From Clostridia bacterium (lineage in GTDB: Bacteria; Bacillota; Clostridia; Oscillospirales; CAG-272), in assembly GCA_017472285.1 (NCBI GenBank), contig JAFUQQ010000014.1:34372-98371 (forward strand): 64,000 nucleotides of DNA. Direction: 5' to 3'. Under the pieces are notes generated by a model. That model made no database searches and had not been told where the DNA came from. It saw nothing but the letters and a program-made list of their open reading frames with translations. Position 1 is the stretch's first letter. Each line of letters opens with the position of its first letter. This document shows positions 9,756 through 19,251 of this stretch, one piece after another. Both the position numbers and the translations under genes were made by a program.

Positions 9756-9803
9756 AAGGTCGAAATTCCAAGCGCGGTTTTCCGTGGTGCGAATTTCGAC
9801 CTT
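9756..9803. repeat. 12-bp-stem hairpin carrying the recurring GTGCGAATTTCGACCT motif
   Basis: AAGGTCGAAATT (9756-9767) pairs perfectly with AATTTCGACCTT (9792-9803). An inner CGCGG/CCGTG helix sits in the loop. It lies between the ThyX-like gene and the GH29 gene. Confidence 0.6.
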
Positions 9804-9827
9804 GATTTCTGAAAAGAGGTAAAAATC

Positions 9828-11141
9828 ATGGAGAACAGAATCACACCCGAAGAATATAAAGCTTTTACGAAAGAATCGAAAGATCGCCGTATGGAATGGT
9901 TCCGCAACGCGCGTTTCGGTATGTTTATCCATTATGGGCTTTTCGCAGCGGCAGAAACAGGTGAATGGGCGCAGCTTTGGGACGGTTATACCATCAAGGA
10001 ATATGAAAAAATGACGGAGAAGTTTTGTCCGAAAGAGGGGTGCGCGGAGGAATGGTGTAAGCTCGCAAAGGAAGCGGGCGCAAAATATGCCGTTCTCACT
10101 ACGCGTCATCACGAGGGCTTTTCGCTTTGGAACTCCAAAGTCAATTCTTTCAACTCCTATAACTATTACGGCAGAGATATCGTAAAGGAATTTGTGGAGG
10201 CTTGCCGCAAATATGATCTCCGCATCGGTCTTTATTCATCGCTTATGGACTGGCGGCATCCCGATGCATGGAAATGCATGGATGACGAGGAAGCAAGAGC
10301 GCGTTTCCTGCAATATATCGAAGATATGAACGTGGAATTGCTTTCCAATTACGGTAAAATCGATATCCTTTGGTACGATATGCCTTGGCCGCAGATGAGC
10401 TCAAAAAATTGGGATTCAGTGAATCGCAATTATAAACTCCGCCAGCTCCAGCCCGATATCCTCATCAATAACAGAAGCCGTATGGCAGAGGATTTCTTCA
10501 CACCCGAAGAATCCGTTTCTCCCGAAAAGGATGCCGATTGGGAAGCTTGTATGACCTTCAACGGTATTTCGTGGGGATATCTCGATGAAGATCAGGTTTT
10601 GCCTTATACGTATTCCGCAAACCAGGTGCTTCGTATGCTCCGCACTTGTGCGAGAGCGGGTGGTAATCTGCTTCTCAATATCGGTCCGAAACCTGATGGT
10701 TCCGTTCCGAAGGATGCGGTCGAACCGCTCCAAAAGCTCGGCGCGTGGCTTCGTGATAACGGGGAAGCGGCTTACGGCTTGAAAGCTCGCTTGGATGGCA
10801 ACGAAGTCGGTGCAAATCAGATCGGTCATTGTACTGCTTCTGTGGATAAGAAAACCGTTTACGTTTGGGAATACGTTTGGCCCAAAGCAGGAAAGATGTC
10901 TTTTGGCGGATATCTCTCCGCGCCGAAAAAGATCACGATTCTCGGTACAGGCGAAAACGTGGAATTTGAACACGTCGGTCACAGACTCACACTCAAAAAT
11001 CTTCCGACGGAATGTCCCGATAAACACGTCGGTATTACCGTTCTGAAGATGGAATTTGACGAGCCGTGTCAGTATCAATTCAGCAGTTATTATCCACAAA
11101 TGCTGAACGGCGTAGATAAATCGGAAGGATATGGAAACTGA
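9828..11141 (+). CDS. GH29 alpha-L-fucosidase
   Basis: ARFGMFIHYGLF, the LTTRHHEGFSLWNS block and ILWYD are characteristic of GH29. Confidence 0.88.
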   Translation: MENRITPEEYKAFTKESKDRRMEWFRNARFGMFIHYGLFAAAETGEWAQLWDGYTIKEYEKMTEKFCPKEGCAEEWCKLAKEAGAKYAVLTTRHHEGFSLWNSKVNSFNSYNYYGRDIVKEFVEACRKYDLRIGLYSSLMDWRHPDAWKCMDDEEARARFLQYIEDMNVELLSNYGKIDILWYDMPWPQMSSKNWDSVNRNYKLRQLQPDILINNRSRMAEDFFTPEESVSPEKDADWEACMTFNGISWGYLDEDQVLPYTYSANQVLRMLRTCARAGGNLLLNIGPKPDGSVPKDAVEPLQKLGAWLRDNGEAAYGLKARLDGNEVGANQIGHCTASVDKKTVYVWEYVWPKAGKMSFGGYLSAPKKITILGTGENVEFEHVGHRLTLKNLPTECPDKHVGITVLKMEFDEPCQYQFSSYYPQMLNGVDKSEGYGN

Positions 11142-11142
11142 T

Positions 11143-12315
11143 ATGAAATACGATTTTGAAACTTTAATTGATAGAAGCGCGCAAGGTGCCTACAAATGGA
11201 TGGCGATGAAAGGGAAGAATCCCGATCTCCCCGACGGTATCGTTCCGCTTTCGGTTGCGGATATGGAGTTTAAAAATGCGCCCGAAATTGTTGAGGGACT
11301 CAAAGAATATCTGGATACGGCGATTCTCGGTTATACGGGACCGACAGAGGCATATTTTGATGCAGTCATCAGCTTTATGGAACGTCGCCACGGTTTTTCT
11401 CCCAAAAAAGAATGGTTTATGGAATTTGGCGGCATTGTTTCTGCGCTCCGTCAGATCATCGGCGTAATGACAAATCCCGGTGACAGTGTCATGATTATGA
11501 CACCTGTTTACCATCAGTTCCGCGCTGTTATTGAATTTAATCAGTGCAACGTCGTAGAAAATCAATTGATTGAAAAAGATGGTGTTTATACCATCGATTT
11601 TGATGATTTCGAGAAAAAAGCGGCAAGGGAAGACGTGAAGCTTTTCGTCCTTTGTAGCCCGCATAATCCTGTCGGTCGTGTCTGGACGGAAGAAGAACTT
11701 CGCAAGATCGCAGATATTTGTCTGAAATATAATGTATACGTTCTCAGTGATGAGATTCATTTTGACCTCATTATGCCCGGTTACAAACACGTTTCTATGT
11801 TCACTCTCGGCGAAAAATATATCCCGAACACGATTTTGTTTACCGCTCCCAGCAAAACTTTCAATCTTGCGGGTATGCACGCATCCAATGTTTTCGTTCC
11901 TGATGAAAAAATCCGCGATGCCGTCAGAAAAAAATACGGCGGTTTTTCACTTGCGGCTCTCAGTTATAAAGCTGTGGAATTTGCTTATGCGCGCGCTGAA
12001 GGTTGGATGGATGCCATGGTCGAATATGTGGACGGCAACAGAAAATTCGTGATGGATTTTCTTGCCGAGCATCTGCCGATGCTGACCGCGCCAGCTATGG
12101 AAGGTACGTATCTTTTGTGGATCGATATGAGAAAACTCGGTCTTTCCGAGGAGGAAAAATCCGAGCTTCTTTATAAAAAAGCATTCGTTTTCGGTGATAC
12201 GGGAACGGTCTTCGGTCCCGGCGGCGAAGGCTTTGAAAGAATCAATCTCGCGTGTCCGAGATGGGTGCTGAAAGAGGCTTTTGAACGACTTGAAAAGGTT
12301 ATCAAGGAACTTTAA
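11143..12315 (+). CDS. patB: PLP-dependent C-S lyase / aminotransferase, MalY/PatB family
   Basis: The N-terminus MKYDFETLIDRS...AYKW, SPHNPVGRVW and the SKTFNLAG (PLP-Lys) region support the call. Start set at ATG 11143. Confidence 0.82.
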   Translation: MKYDFETLIDRSAQGAYKWMAMKGKNPDLPDGIVPLSVADMEFKNAPEIVEGLKEYLDTAILGYTGPTEAYFDAVISFMERRHGFSPKKEWFMEFGGIVSALRQIIGVMTNPGDSVMIMTPVYHQFRAVIEFNQCNVVENQLIEKDGVYTIDFDDFEKKAAREDVKLFVLCSPHNPVGRVWTEEELRKIADICLKYNVYVLSDEIHFDLIMPGYKHVSMFTLGEKYIPNTILFTAPSKTFNLAGMHASNVFVPDEKIRDAVRKKYGGFSLAALSYKAVEFAYARAEGWMDAMVEYVDGNRKFVMDFLAEHLPMLTAPAMEGTYLLWIDMRKLGLSEEEKSELLYKKAFVFGDTGTVFGPGGEGFERINLACPRWVLKEAFERLEKVIKEL

Positions 12316-12328
12316 AGAGAAAAACGAT

Positions 12329-12360
12329 GGGGAGGAGCTTTTTGTAAAAAGCTCCTCCCC
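12329..12360. repeat. 32-bp GC-clamped palindrome (copy A of a dispersed family); probable bidirectional terminator between convergent genes
   Basis: GGGGAGGAGCTTTTTG/TAAAAAGCTCCTCCCC has 15 of 16 positions self-complementary. It is followed by AAAACCCCTCCGCAAAAACTTTC (12361-12383). Confidence 0.75.
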
Positions 12361-12472
12361 AAAACCCCTCCGCAAAAACTTTCAGAGTGGTTGAGTATTG
12401 AATTTTGGTTAACACAACAGGAATTTTCGAGGGAAGATTTTCATTGAAACGGGGTTTGGGGTGGTAAGCCAA

Positions 12473-13945
12473 TTATTGTATTTCGATCAGATCCGCGCTG
12501 TTTTCCATTTGGGGAACAGCAAAAGATACGGTACCTTTTTCATCGGAAGTGATGGAAAAGGTTTTCTTTTTGGGTTTGGACTTTTCGATGAGTACCGCGG
12601 TTTCTTCTCTCGTGGGAAGTTCGTTGAAATTACCGTCGAGATAAGCGTTGTAAGCATCGCTCGACCCATAGCCGATGGTTTCGATGCTTGCGGTATAACG
12701 CTGATTGGGCTTAAAGCCCTCAATGATGATCGTGGCATCATCCAATTTCTTTGCGGGCAAGGGTCGGGCAAAATATTTACGGTTTCCTTCGTTGGTTTCA
12801 GGTTTTTCGATGTTCCAAAGCAAAATTTGTGCACCGTTTTCAGATTTACATACGTAGGCATCCTCGTCGTTGCAAACAAGCTCCGTGTCGCCGAGGCGGT
12901 GGAGGAACGTATACGCATGATAGGTCGGCTTGGGAATGGAATTCATATTGAAAAGACCAAAACCGCCATGGAAACAATTGGTCGGAGGACCGTTTTCTTC
13001 AAAAATATCTGTATAGGTCCAATAAGAAAACATATCCGCATACCCCTCGCTGCGTTTGATGGCGCGGAGGATATAAGGCGCGTTATAATAGTTGTCATGA
13101 ATCATATCCGTGGGAGAAAAAGAGCTTGACCATTCGGTGATGATGAGCGGATAACCTTCTTTTTTGCAATATTCACCATGCACGCGAATCTCGTTGGAAA
13201 CTTTATCGACGTTCGGGATATAAACGATGGCATTGCCTTCGGGGTCGAAATCACCTTTGATGCCGTAACTGTGACTGGTGATGAAATCGAGGGGGATGTT
13301 GTTTTCGCGGCAATGCGCGATCGTTTCGGGAATCCATTGCATACCGGCCGTTGCGGGACCGCCGACTTTATATGCGGAATTGACTTTTTTGATGGCAAGT
13401 GCTGCCGCATCATAAAGTTCAAAATAGGCATTGATGTTGGTATATTCTGTAAAAAAGCCTTTGTGGTTCGGTTCGTTCCAAATTTCAAAATACCATTTTT
13501 TGATTTCGTCTTCGCCGTAGCGGTAAGTAATGTGACGGGTGAAAGCCTCGACAAGTGTGCTCCATTCTTCCATATCCTTCGGCATGGATTTATTCATTTT
13601 CCACCAGAAAACATATGCTTTATCTTTTGCCATGATATCGGGCATCAGACCGACCTCGACGATGGGACGGATGTTATTTTCGAGCAACATATCGAAAAGC
13701 ATATCGATATATTGGAAGCAGAAAGAAAGTTTTCCGTTTTCGTCGCGGTTGACGACGTTCATTTCCTCGTGGAAAATTCCGTGGAAACGGATATAGCGGA
13801 AAGGACATTCTTTTTGCATCTGTTTCAGTTGCATCATGGGAACATAGCGCATGACTTCGCCCGCGCGACCTGCGCCGATACAAGCGGAAAAGAAGCGGTC
13901 GAGCTTGCCTTTTTCATTTTGGAGATTGGCATGGATGGTTCTCAT
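12473..13945 (-). CDS. xynB: GH39 xylan 1,4-beta-xylosidase
   Basis: FRYIRFHGIF, WYFEIWNEPN (acid/base Glu), PLIITEWSSSFSP (nucleophile Glu), FSYWTYTDIFEE and FHGGFGL closely parallel characterised GH39 XynB. Confidence 0.9.
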   Translation of the reverse strand: MRTIHANLQNEKGKLDRFFSACIGAGRAGEVMRYVPMMQLKQMQKECPFRYIRFHGIFHEEMNVVNRDENGKLSFCFQYIDMLFDMLLENNIRPIVEVGLMPDIMAKDKAYVFWWKMNKSMPKDMEEWSTLVEAFTRHITYRYGEDEIKKWYFEIWNEPNHKGFFTEYTNINAYFELYDAAALAIKKVNSAYKVGGPATAGMQWIPETIAHCRENNIPLDFITSHSYGIKGDFDPEGNAIVYIPNVDKVSNEIRVHGEYCKKEGYPLIITEWSSSFSPTDMIHDNYYNAPYILRAIKRSEGYADMFSYWTYTDIFEENGPPTNCFHGGFGLFNMNSIPKPTYHAYTFLHRLGDTELVCNDEDAYVCKSENGAQILLWNIEKPETNEGNRKYFARPLPAKKLDDATIIIEGFKPNQRYTASIETIGYGSSDAYNAYLDGNFNELPTREETAVLIEKSKPKKKTFSITSDEKGTVSFAVPQMENSADLIEIQ

Positions 13946-13963
13946 AAAAATTACTTCCTTTTA

Positions 13964-14650
13964 TTATATAATAATAGCCGTAACGGCCAAGGTGTCGCCG
14001 TTTACGGTGAAATGTACTTCAAAATTTGCGTATGCCATGCGATAGATGCGTGCGGGATCGTTCTGATAACCCGGACGGGGATCTTCCGCAAGGAGAGCAA
14101 GTGTGCTTTCACGGAGGTGCTGAGGGATTTTTGCGAGCAATTCGGGTGAGATATCGACTTTGACGGCGCCTTCGCCCTGTTTGAAACCGAAACCGCCGAT
14201 CGCATCGGGGTGGGAATCCGTATAAGGCAGATAAGGCTTGATATCATAGATCGGTGTGCCGTCAAGTAGATCCGCGCCTGCAACGTGGATAATAGGTCCT
14301 TTGGTCGTATTCAATTCTATGCCGATGATCTTCACGGAAGAAAGTCCGATCGGATTGGGGCGGAATGGGGAACGGGTTGCGAAAACGCCCATGCGTTTAT
14401 TGCCGCCGAGCCTCGGAGGACGGACGGTGGGGGTCCATTCTTTGCCCATTGATTCGGAAAATTGCCACAGGAGCCAAAGATGAGAATATCCGTCAAGACC
14501 GCGGAGTGCGTCGGGATTGCGGTATTCGGGTTCAAAAATGATTGTGCTGTGAACGGATTCGACAAGTCCGCTTTGACGGGGGATGCCAAATTTGGCGGTG
14601 AAATCCGAATGAATATGGGCGATGGTGTGAAAAGGGGTTGTTTCTGACAT
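13964..14650 (-). CDS. trmO: tRNA (N6-threonylcarbamoyladenosine37-N6)-methyltransferase TrmO (TsaA/YaeB family)
   Basis: FGIPRQSGL, YSHLWLLWQF, GVFATRSPFRPNPIGLS and GTPIYDIKPYLPY are the family signature blocks. Confidence 0.85.
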   Translation of the reverse strand: MSETTPFHTIAHIHSDFTAKFGIPRQSGLVESVHSTIIFEPEYRNPDALRGLDGYSHLWLLWQFSESMGKEWTPTVRPPRLGGNKRMGVFATRSPFRPNPIGLSSVKIIGIELNTTKGPIIHVAGADLLDGTPIYDIKPYLPYTDSHPDAIGGFGFKQGEGAVKVDISPELLAKIPQHLRESTLALLAEDPRPGYQNDPARIYRMAYANFEVHFTVNGDTLAVTAIII

Positions 14651-14751
14651 AATTTTATAGAAACCTTTCCTTATTTATATAGTGCATTCAGTTTAGCATA
14701 AAAGGGATGCGGAGTCAATGCGTTTTGGAAAATAAAATATTCTGTTGTGCA

Positions 14752-14786
14752 TACTGAAAAAGGACTTTCTTGCGAAAGTCCTTTTT
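14752..14786 (-). terminator. intrinsic terminator downstream of tRNA-Arg
   Basis: AAAAAGGACTTTC / GAAAGTCCTTTTT hairpin at 14757-14786, with a U-run on the minus-strand transcript. Confidence 0.7.
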
Positions 14787-14863
14787 TGGCGCGCCGAACA
14801 GGATTCGAACCCGCGACCTACAGAATCGGAATCTGTCGCTCTATCCAGCTGAGCTATCGGCGC
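14787..14863 (-). tRNA. tRNA-Arg (anticodon CCG), CCA encoded
   Basis: The reverse complement GCGCCGATAGCTCAGCTGGATAGAGCGACAGATTCCGATTCTGTAGGTCGCGGGTTCGAATCCTGTTCGGCGCGCCA folds as a cloverleaf: 7-bp acceptor stem, GCTC/GAGC D-stem, ACAGA/TCTGT anticodon stem with loop TTCCGAT, and a GGTTCGAAT T-loop. Confidence 0.9.
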
Positions 14864-14906
14864 AAATGCGGCAAAATGCCGCAAGATATGCAATTTTGAT
14901 TGTGTT

Positions 14907-15161
14907 TTATTCAGCGAGAGCCGCTTCGAGCGCGAGTGCGAGCTGATCGGGGCAGGATGTACCTCTGCCGCGGCAGTCTGTGCCTTTGACACGTTCGATG
15001 ATGTCGGTCGCTTTCATACCCTTGACGAGTTGAGCGATACCCTTGGTGTTGCCGTTGCATCCGCCGATAAATTCAACGGAGTCGATGATGCCGTCGGTGA
15101 TCTGTACGTTGATCTGACGGGAACAAGTTCCTTTGGTTTTGTATTCGATCGTCTTTGTCAT
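14907..15161 (-). CDS. TSCPD domain-containing small protein
   Basis: 84 aa with GGCNGNTKGIAQL and the literal TSCPDQL motif. Confidence 0.8.
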   Translation of the reverse strand: MTKTIEYKTKGTCSRQINVQITDGIIDSVEFIGGCNGNTKGIAQLVKGMKATDIIERVKGTDCRGRGTSCPDQLALALEAALAE

Positions 15162-15366
15162 GATAAATCATCCTTTTTTGATATTTTAGATAACTGTGAT
15201 AGAATTTGCTTGATTATTTTCATTATACCACAGTTCAGAAAAAAAGATAGCTTTTTTTGATAAAAAAATCATTTTTGTGCATTTTATACAAAAAATGGTT
15301 TGAAAAACGGGCGTTGCTATCTTTTGAAAAAACTTTTAAAAAATTCAAAAAAATTCATGAAAAGTA

Positions 15367-15395
15367 TTGACAAAACGGGAAATGTATGATATACT
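15367..15395 (+). promoter_or_regulatory. sigma-A type promoter of the ribosomal superoperon
   Basis: TTGACA (15367-15372), a 17-nt spacer, then TATACT (15390-15395) preceded by TG (extended -10). It lies about 310 nt upstream of rpsJ. Confidence 0.6.
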
Positions 15396-15704
15396 ATACA
15401 AGCTTGATGTGCGATGAAGCGGGAGGTTGCCGTGAAGAACACGGGTAATTTCCGCAGAGTATGTCCGATAAACGGGCGCCGGTTTTCCGGCAGAACGAAA
15501 CAAAAGCGTTTGGGATATTGCGTTGCGTGCAGCGTCAATCCAAACAAAACAAATGCGAATACAACGGCCGGTCGAACCGGCTTTTCACACGGGTGAGAGG
15601 AAACACCCGGCGTGGTGTTCGCCGAAAACCGTGCATATCTTACGGCTTGCGAGCGTAAAGATATCGCCGCCGATATAGCAAAATATTTAAGGAGGCAAAA
15701 TCAA

Positions 15705-16016
15705 GTGGCAGTTAGTGAAAAAATCAGAATCAGATTGAAAAGCTACGATCATACATTGGTAGACGCAGCAGCGGAAAAGATTGTTGAAACCGCAAAGAGA
15801 AACGGCGCAACCGTTTCTGGTCCTATTCCGCTTCCTACTGAAAAGGAAATCATCACGATTCTCCGCGCTGTTCATAAATACAAAGACAGCCGCGAACAGT
15901 TTGAGTACAGAACTCACAAGAGATTGATCGACGTTATCAAGCCCTCTCAAAAGGCAATCGAAGCGCTCACCAACCTCGAACTTCCGGCCGGCGTTGAAAT
16001 CGAAATCAAGCTTTAA
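15705..16016 (+). CDS. rpsJ: 30S ribosomal protein S10
   Basis: GTG start at 15705 behind [21 protein letters not shown]...GPIPLPT is the canonical S10 sequence. The ORF-track start at 15612 is too far upstream. Confidence 0.96.
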   Translation: MAVSEKIRIRLKSYDHTLVDAAAEKIVETAKRNGATVSGPIPLPTEKEIITILRAVHKYKDSREQFEYRTHKRLIDVIKPSQKAIEALTNLELPAGVEIEIKL

Positions 16017-16161
16017 TCCCTTTCCTTATTAATTAAAGCAGATTTCGGAATCAAGGCATAGGCGGGAATGGATATATAGTTTCCGCATATGATCCGGTTG
16101 GTCATGTTGACCCGCCCGCAGGAAGCGGTGGTCAACCAATAACCTTACAAGGAGATAGAAA

Positions 16162-16791
16162 ATGAAAAAAGGTATCATTGGAAAGAAAATCGGAATGACC
16201 CAGATTTTCGATGACAACGGCAACGTAATTCCGGTAACCATCATTGAAGCCGGTCCCTGTGTTGTCGCTCAGAAAAAGACCGTTGAAACCGACGGCTACG
16301 CAAGCGTTCAGCTTGGCTTTGAAGACATCGCTGAAAAGAAACTCAACAAAGCTATGAAGGGCCATTTCAAAAAAGCAGGCGTTTCCATGAAGAGACACCT
16401 CAAAGAATTCAAACTTGACAACGCAGCAAGCATGAATGTTGGCGACGTAATCTCCGCTGACACATTCGTTGCAGGCGACAGAGTTGACGTAACAGGTACC
16501 ACAAAGGGTCACGGTTACTCCGGCGTTATCAAGAGATGGAATCACCACAAGCTCCGCATGACACACGGTGTAGGTCCTGTTCATCGCCAGCCCGGTTCCA
16601 TGGGTTCCATCGACCCCGCCCGCATCTTCAAGAATCACAAGATGCCCGGTCAGTACGGTAACGAACAGGTTACAGTTCAGAACCTCGACGTTGTCCGCGT
16701 TGATGCAGAAAAGAATCTCATCGCCGTTAAGGGTGCTATTCCCGGCGCAAAGGGCGGCATCGTGTTCGTTCGTAACACAGTAAAAGCTTAA
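16162..16791 (+). CDS. rplC: 50S ribosomal protein L3
   Basis: [17 protein letters not shown]... is the canonical uL3 N-terminus, and operon order fits. Confidence 0.97.
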   Translation: MKKGIIGKKIGMTQIFDDNGNVIPVTIIEAGPCVVAQKKTVETDGYASVQLGFEDIAEKKLNKAMKGHFKKAGVSMKRHLKEFKLDNAASMNVGDVISADTFVAGDRVDVTGTTKGHGYSGVIKRWNHHKLRMTHGVGPVHRQPGSMGSIDPARIFKNHKMPGQYGNEQVTVQNLDVVRVDAEKNLIAVKGAIPGAKGGIVFVRNTVKA

Positions 16792-16806
16792 GAGGAGGAT
16801 AAGACA

Positions 16807-17430
16807 ATGGCTAATTTGAAAGTATTGGATATGACCGGCGCACAGGTCGGCACAATCGAACTTGCTGATTCCGTTTTCGCTGTTGCAGTAAACGCAGCTG
16901 TTCTTCACGCCGCTGTCAGAGCGTACCTTCTCAATCAGAGACAGGGTACACAGTCTACACTCACCAGAACGGAAGTTTCCGGCGGCGGCAGAAAGCCTTG
17001 GAGACAGAAGGGTACAGGTAGAGCAAGACAGGGTTCCACACGTTCTCCCCAGTGGACACACGGTGGTGTGGCTCTCGGTCCGAAGCCCCGTTCCTACCGC
17101 ACAGACCTCAACAAGAAGGTTAAGAGACTCGCTATGAAGAGCGCACTCTCCAGCAAAGTTCTTGACGACGCATTCGTTGTCGTTAACGAAATCGTTGCTA
17201 CCGAATACAAGACAGCTACCATGGCGAAGATGCTCAAGGCTATCGGCGCTGAAAAGAAAGCACTCGTCGTTCTCGCAGAAAAGAACGAAATGGTTATCAA
17301 GAGCCTTGGTAACATCGCAGGCGTTAAGATCGCATACGTTAACACTCTTAACGTATACGACATTCTCAACTGCGGCACTCTCGTTGTTGCAGAAGCAGCA
17401 GCTAAAAAAATCGAGGAGGTATACGCATAA
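16807..17430 (+). CDS. rplD: 50S ribosomal protein L4
   Basis: The [19 protein letters not shown] motif and operon order. Confidence 0.97.
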   Translation: MANLKVLDMTGAQVGTIELADSVFAVAVNAAVLHAAVRAYLLNQRQGTQSTLTRTEVSGGGRKPWRQKGTGRARQGSTRSPQWTHGGVALGPKPRSYRTDLNKKVKRLAMKSALSSKVLDDAFVVVNEIVATEYKTATMAKMLKAIGAEKKALVVLAEKNEMVIKSLGNIAGVKIAYVNTLNVYDILNCGTLVVAEAAAKKIEEVYA

Positions 17431-17723
17431 TGAAGTTTGCTCACGATATTATCGTAAGACCCCTTATCACAGAAAAAAGCCTTTCGGCTACAGCAGATAA
17501 GAGATATACCTTTGAAGTTGCAAAGGATGCAACCAAGCCTGAAATCGCTTCCGCAATCGAAGAAGTTTTCGGCGTAAAGGTTGCTGATGTAAACACAATC
17601 AACATGAAGAAGAAACCGAAGAGAATGGGTGTTCACGCAGGTTACAGAAAAGCTTGGAAGAAAGCAATCGTTACCCTCACCGCAGATTCCAAAACAATCG
17701 AATTCTTCGATGGTATGATTTGA
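17430..17723 (+). CDS. rplW: 50S ribosomal protein L23
   Basis: [11 protein letters not shown]..., with 1-nt overlap onto the rplD stop. Confidence 0.96.
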   Translation: MKFAHDIIVRPLITEKSLSATADKRYTFEVAKDATKPEIASAIEEVFGVKVADVNTINMKKKPKRMGVHAGYRKAWKKAIVTLTADSKTIEFFDGMI

Positions 17724-17741
17724 TAAGGAGGAGTAAAGAGA

Positions 17742-18572
17742 ATGGCTACTATCAAGTATAAACCGACGACTCCTGCCAGACGTAACATGTCTGTGCCGGA
17801 CTTCGCTGAAATCACGAAGTTCTCCCCCGAAAAGAGTCTTCTTACCGTAAAGAAGAAACACGCTGGTAGAAACAGCTACGGTAAAATCACCGTTCGTCAC
17901 CACGGCGGCGGTAACAAACAGAAATACAGAATTATCGACTTCAAGCGCGCTTGCACAGGTGAAGCTACTGTTATCGGTATCGAATACGACCCCAACAGAA
18001 CCGCTTACATCGCGCTCCTCCAGTACGAAGACGGTACTAAGAAGTACATGATCGCTCCTGTAGGTCTTACTGATGGCGATAAGGTTTACTCCGGCGCTGA
18101 TGCAGACATCAAACCCGGTAACACACTCCCCGTTGCTAACATTCCTGTTGGTACACTCATCTACAACATTGAGCTTTATCCCGGCAAGGGCGGTCAGCTC
18201 GTTCGCTCTGCAGGTTCCTTCGCTCAGCTTATGGCGAAAGAAAACGGTATGGCTCAGGTAAGACTTCCTTCCGGTGAAGTTCGTCTTATCAGACTTGATT
18301 GCGTTGCAACCATCGGTCAGGTTTCCAACATCGAACACGAAAACGTTAAGGTTGGTAAAGCCGGTAAAACACGTCACCGCGGCATTCGTCCTACGGTTCG
18401 CGGTTCCGTAATGAACCCCTGCGATCACCCTCATGGTGGTGGTGAAGGTCGTTCCCCGATCGGTCGTCCTGCTCCTGTAACTCCTTGGGGTAAACCCACG
18501 CTTGGTTACAAGACAAGAAACAAGAAGTCTAAGACCGAAAAATTCATCGTAAAACACAGAAACGGTAAATAA
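17742..18572 (+). CDS. rplB: 50S ribosomal protein L2
   Basis: [19 protein letters not shown] and [16 protein letters not shown] motifs. Confidence 0.98.
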   Translation: MATIKYKPTTPARRNMSVPDFAEITKFSPEKSLLTVKKKHAGRNSYGKITVRHHGGGNKQKYRIIDFKRACTGEATVIGIEYDPNRTAYIALLQYEDGTKKYMIAPVGLTDGDKVYSGADADIKPGNTLPVANIPVGTLIYNIELYPGKGGQLVRSAGSFAQLMAKENGMAQVRLPSGEVRLIRLDCVATIGQVSNIEHENVKVGKAGKTRHRGIRPTVRGSVMNPCDHPHGGGEGRSPIGRPAPVTPWGKPTLGYKTRNKKSKTEKFIVKHRNGK

Positions 18573-18587
18573 GGAGGAGGCATAAAG

Positions 18588-18869
18588 ATGAGCAGAAGCC
18601 TTAAAAAAGGACCTTTTGTCGAAGAAAAACTTTACGCAAGAGTTTGCGCAATGAACGACAAGGGCGAAAAGAAGGTATTGAAGACCTGGTCCCGTGCTTC
18701 CGTAATTTTCCCCGAATTCGTCGGTCACACGATTGCGGTTCACGATGGCAGAAAACACGTTCCGGTATATGTAACTGAAGACATGGTTGGTCACAAACTC
18801 GGCGAGTTTGCTCCCACCAGAACCTTCAAGGGTCACGCCGGTTCCAAAACATCCAACAACGGTAAATAA
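18588..18869 (+). CDS. rpsS: 30S ribosomal protein S19
   Basis: [11 protein letters not shown]...[16 protein letters not shown]. Confidence 0.98.
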   Translation: MSRSLKKGPFVEEKLYARVCAMNDKGEKKVLKTWSRASVIFPEFVGHTIAVHDGRKHVPVYVTEDMVGHKLGEFAPTRTFKGHAGSKTSNNGK

Positions 18870-18900
18870 TCTCGCACCAAGCTAAGGGAGGAAAAACAAA

Positions 18901-19236
18901 ATGGAATCTAGAGCATACCTTAAATATGCAAGAATATCCCCGCGCAAAGTACAGATCGTGCTTGACCTCATCAGAGGTAAGGATGCGGGAACAGCTATGG
19001 CAATTCTTAAAAACACTCCTAAATCTGCGAGTGAATACCTCATTAAATTGCTGAAGAGTGCTATTGCTAACGCAGAGCACAATCACGGCATGGACGTAAG
19101 CAAACTTTACGTTTCCGAATGCTTCGTTTGCCCCGGCCCGACTCTCAAGAGAATCATGCCCCGTGCAAAAGGCAGCGCAGACAGAATCCTTAAGAGAACG
19201 AGCCACGTAACGATCGCTCTCAAGGAAAGAGCTTAA
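18901..19236 (+). CDS. rplV: 50S ribosomal protein L22
   Basis: [17 protein letters not shown]...[17 protein letters not shown]. Confidence 0.97.
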   Translation: MESRAYLKYARISPRKVQIVLDLIRGKDAGTAMAILKNTPKSASEYLIKLLKSAIANAEHNHGMDVSKLYVSECFVCPGPTLKRIMPRAKGSADRILKRTSHVTIALKERA

Positions 19237-19251
19237 TAGGAGGAACACAGA

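Noticed and set aside
14693-14992. A 99-aa minus-strand ORF overlapping tRNA-Arg and the end of the TSCPD gene.
   Set aside because: It reads straight through a canonical tRNA and its terminator, so it is not credible as coding.
15414-15658. Two small plus-strand ORFs (60 and 65 aa) in the rpsJ leader, and the ORF-track N-terminal extension of rpsJ (15612).
   Set aside because: They have no RBS and give Arg/Cys-rich products. The S10 homology begins at GTG 15705, which has a perfect AAGGAGG RBS. The region is better explained as structured leader RNA.
17094-18836. A 580-aa minus-strand ORF spanning rplD, rplW, rplB and rpsS, including their intergenic spacers.
   Set aside because: This is the same shadow-ORF artefact. 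It crosses four unquestionable ribosomal protein genes and has no start context. A real gene antisense to the core ribosomal operon would need direct evidence from proteomics or ribosome profiling.
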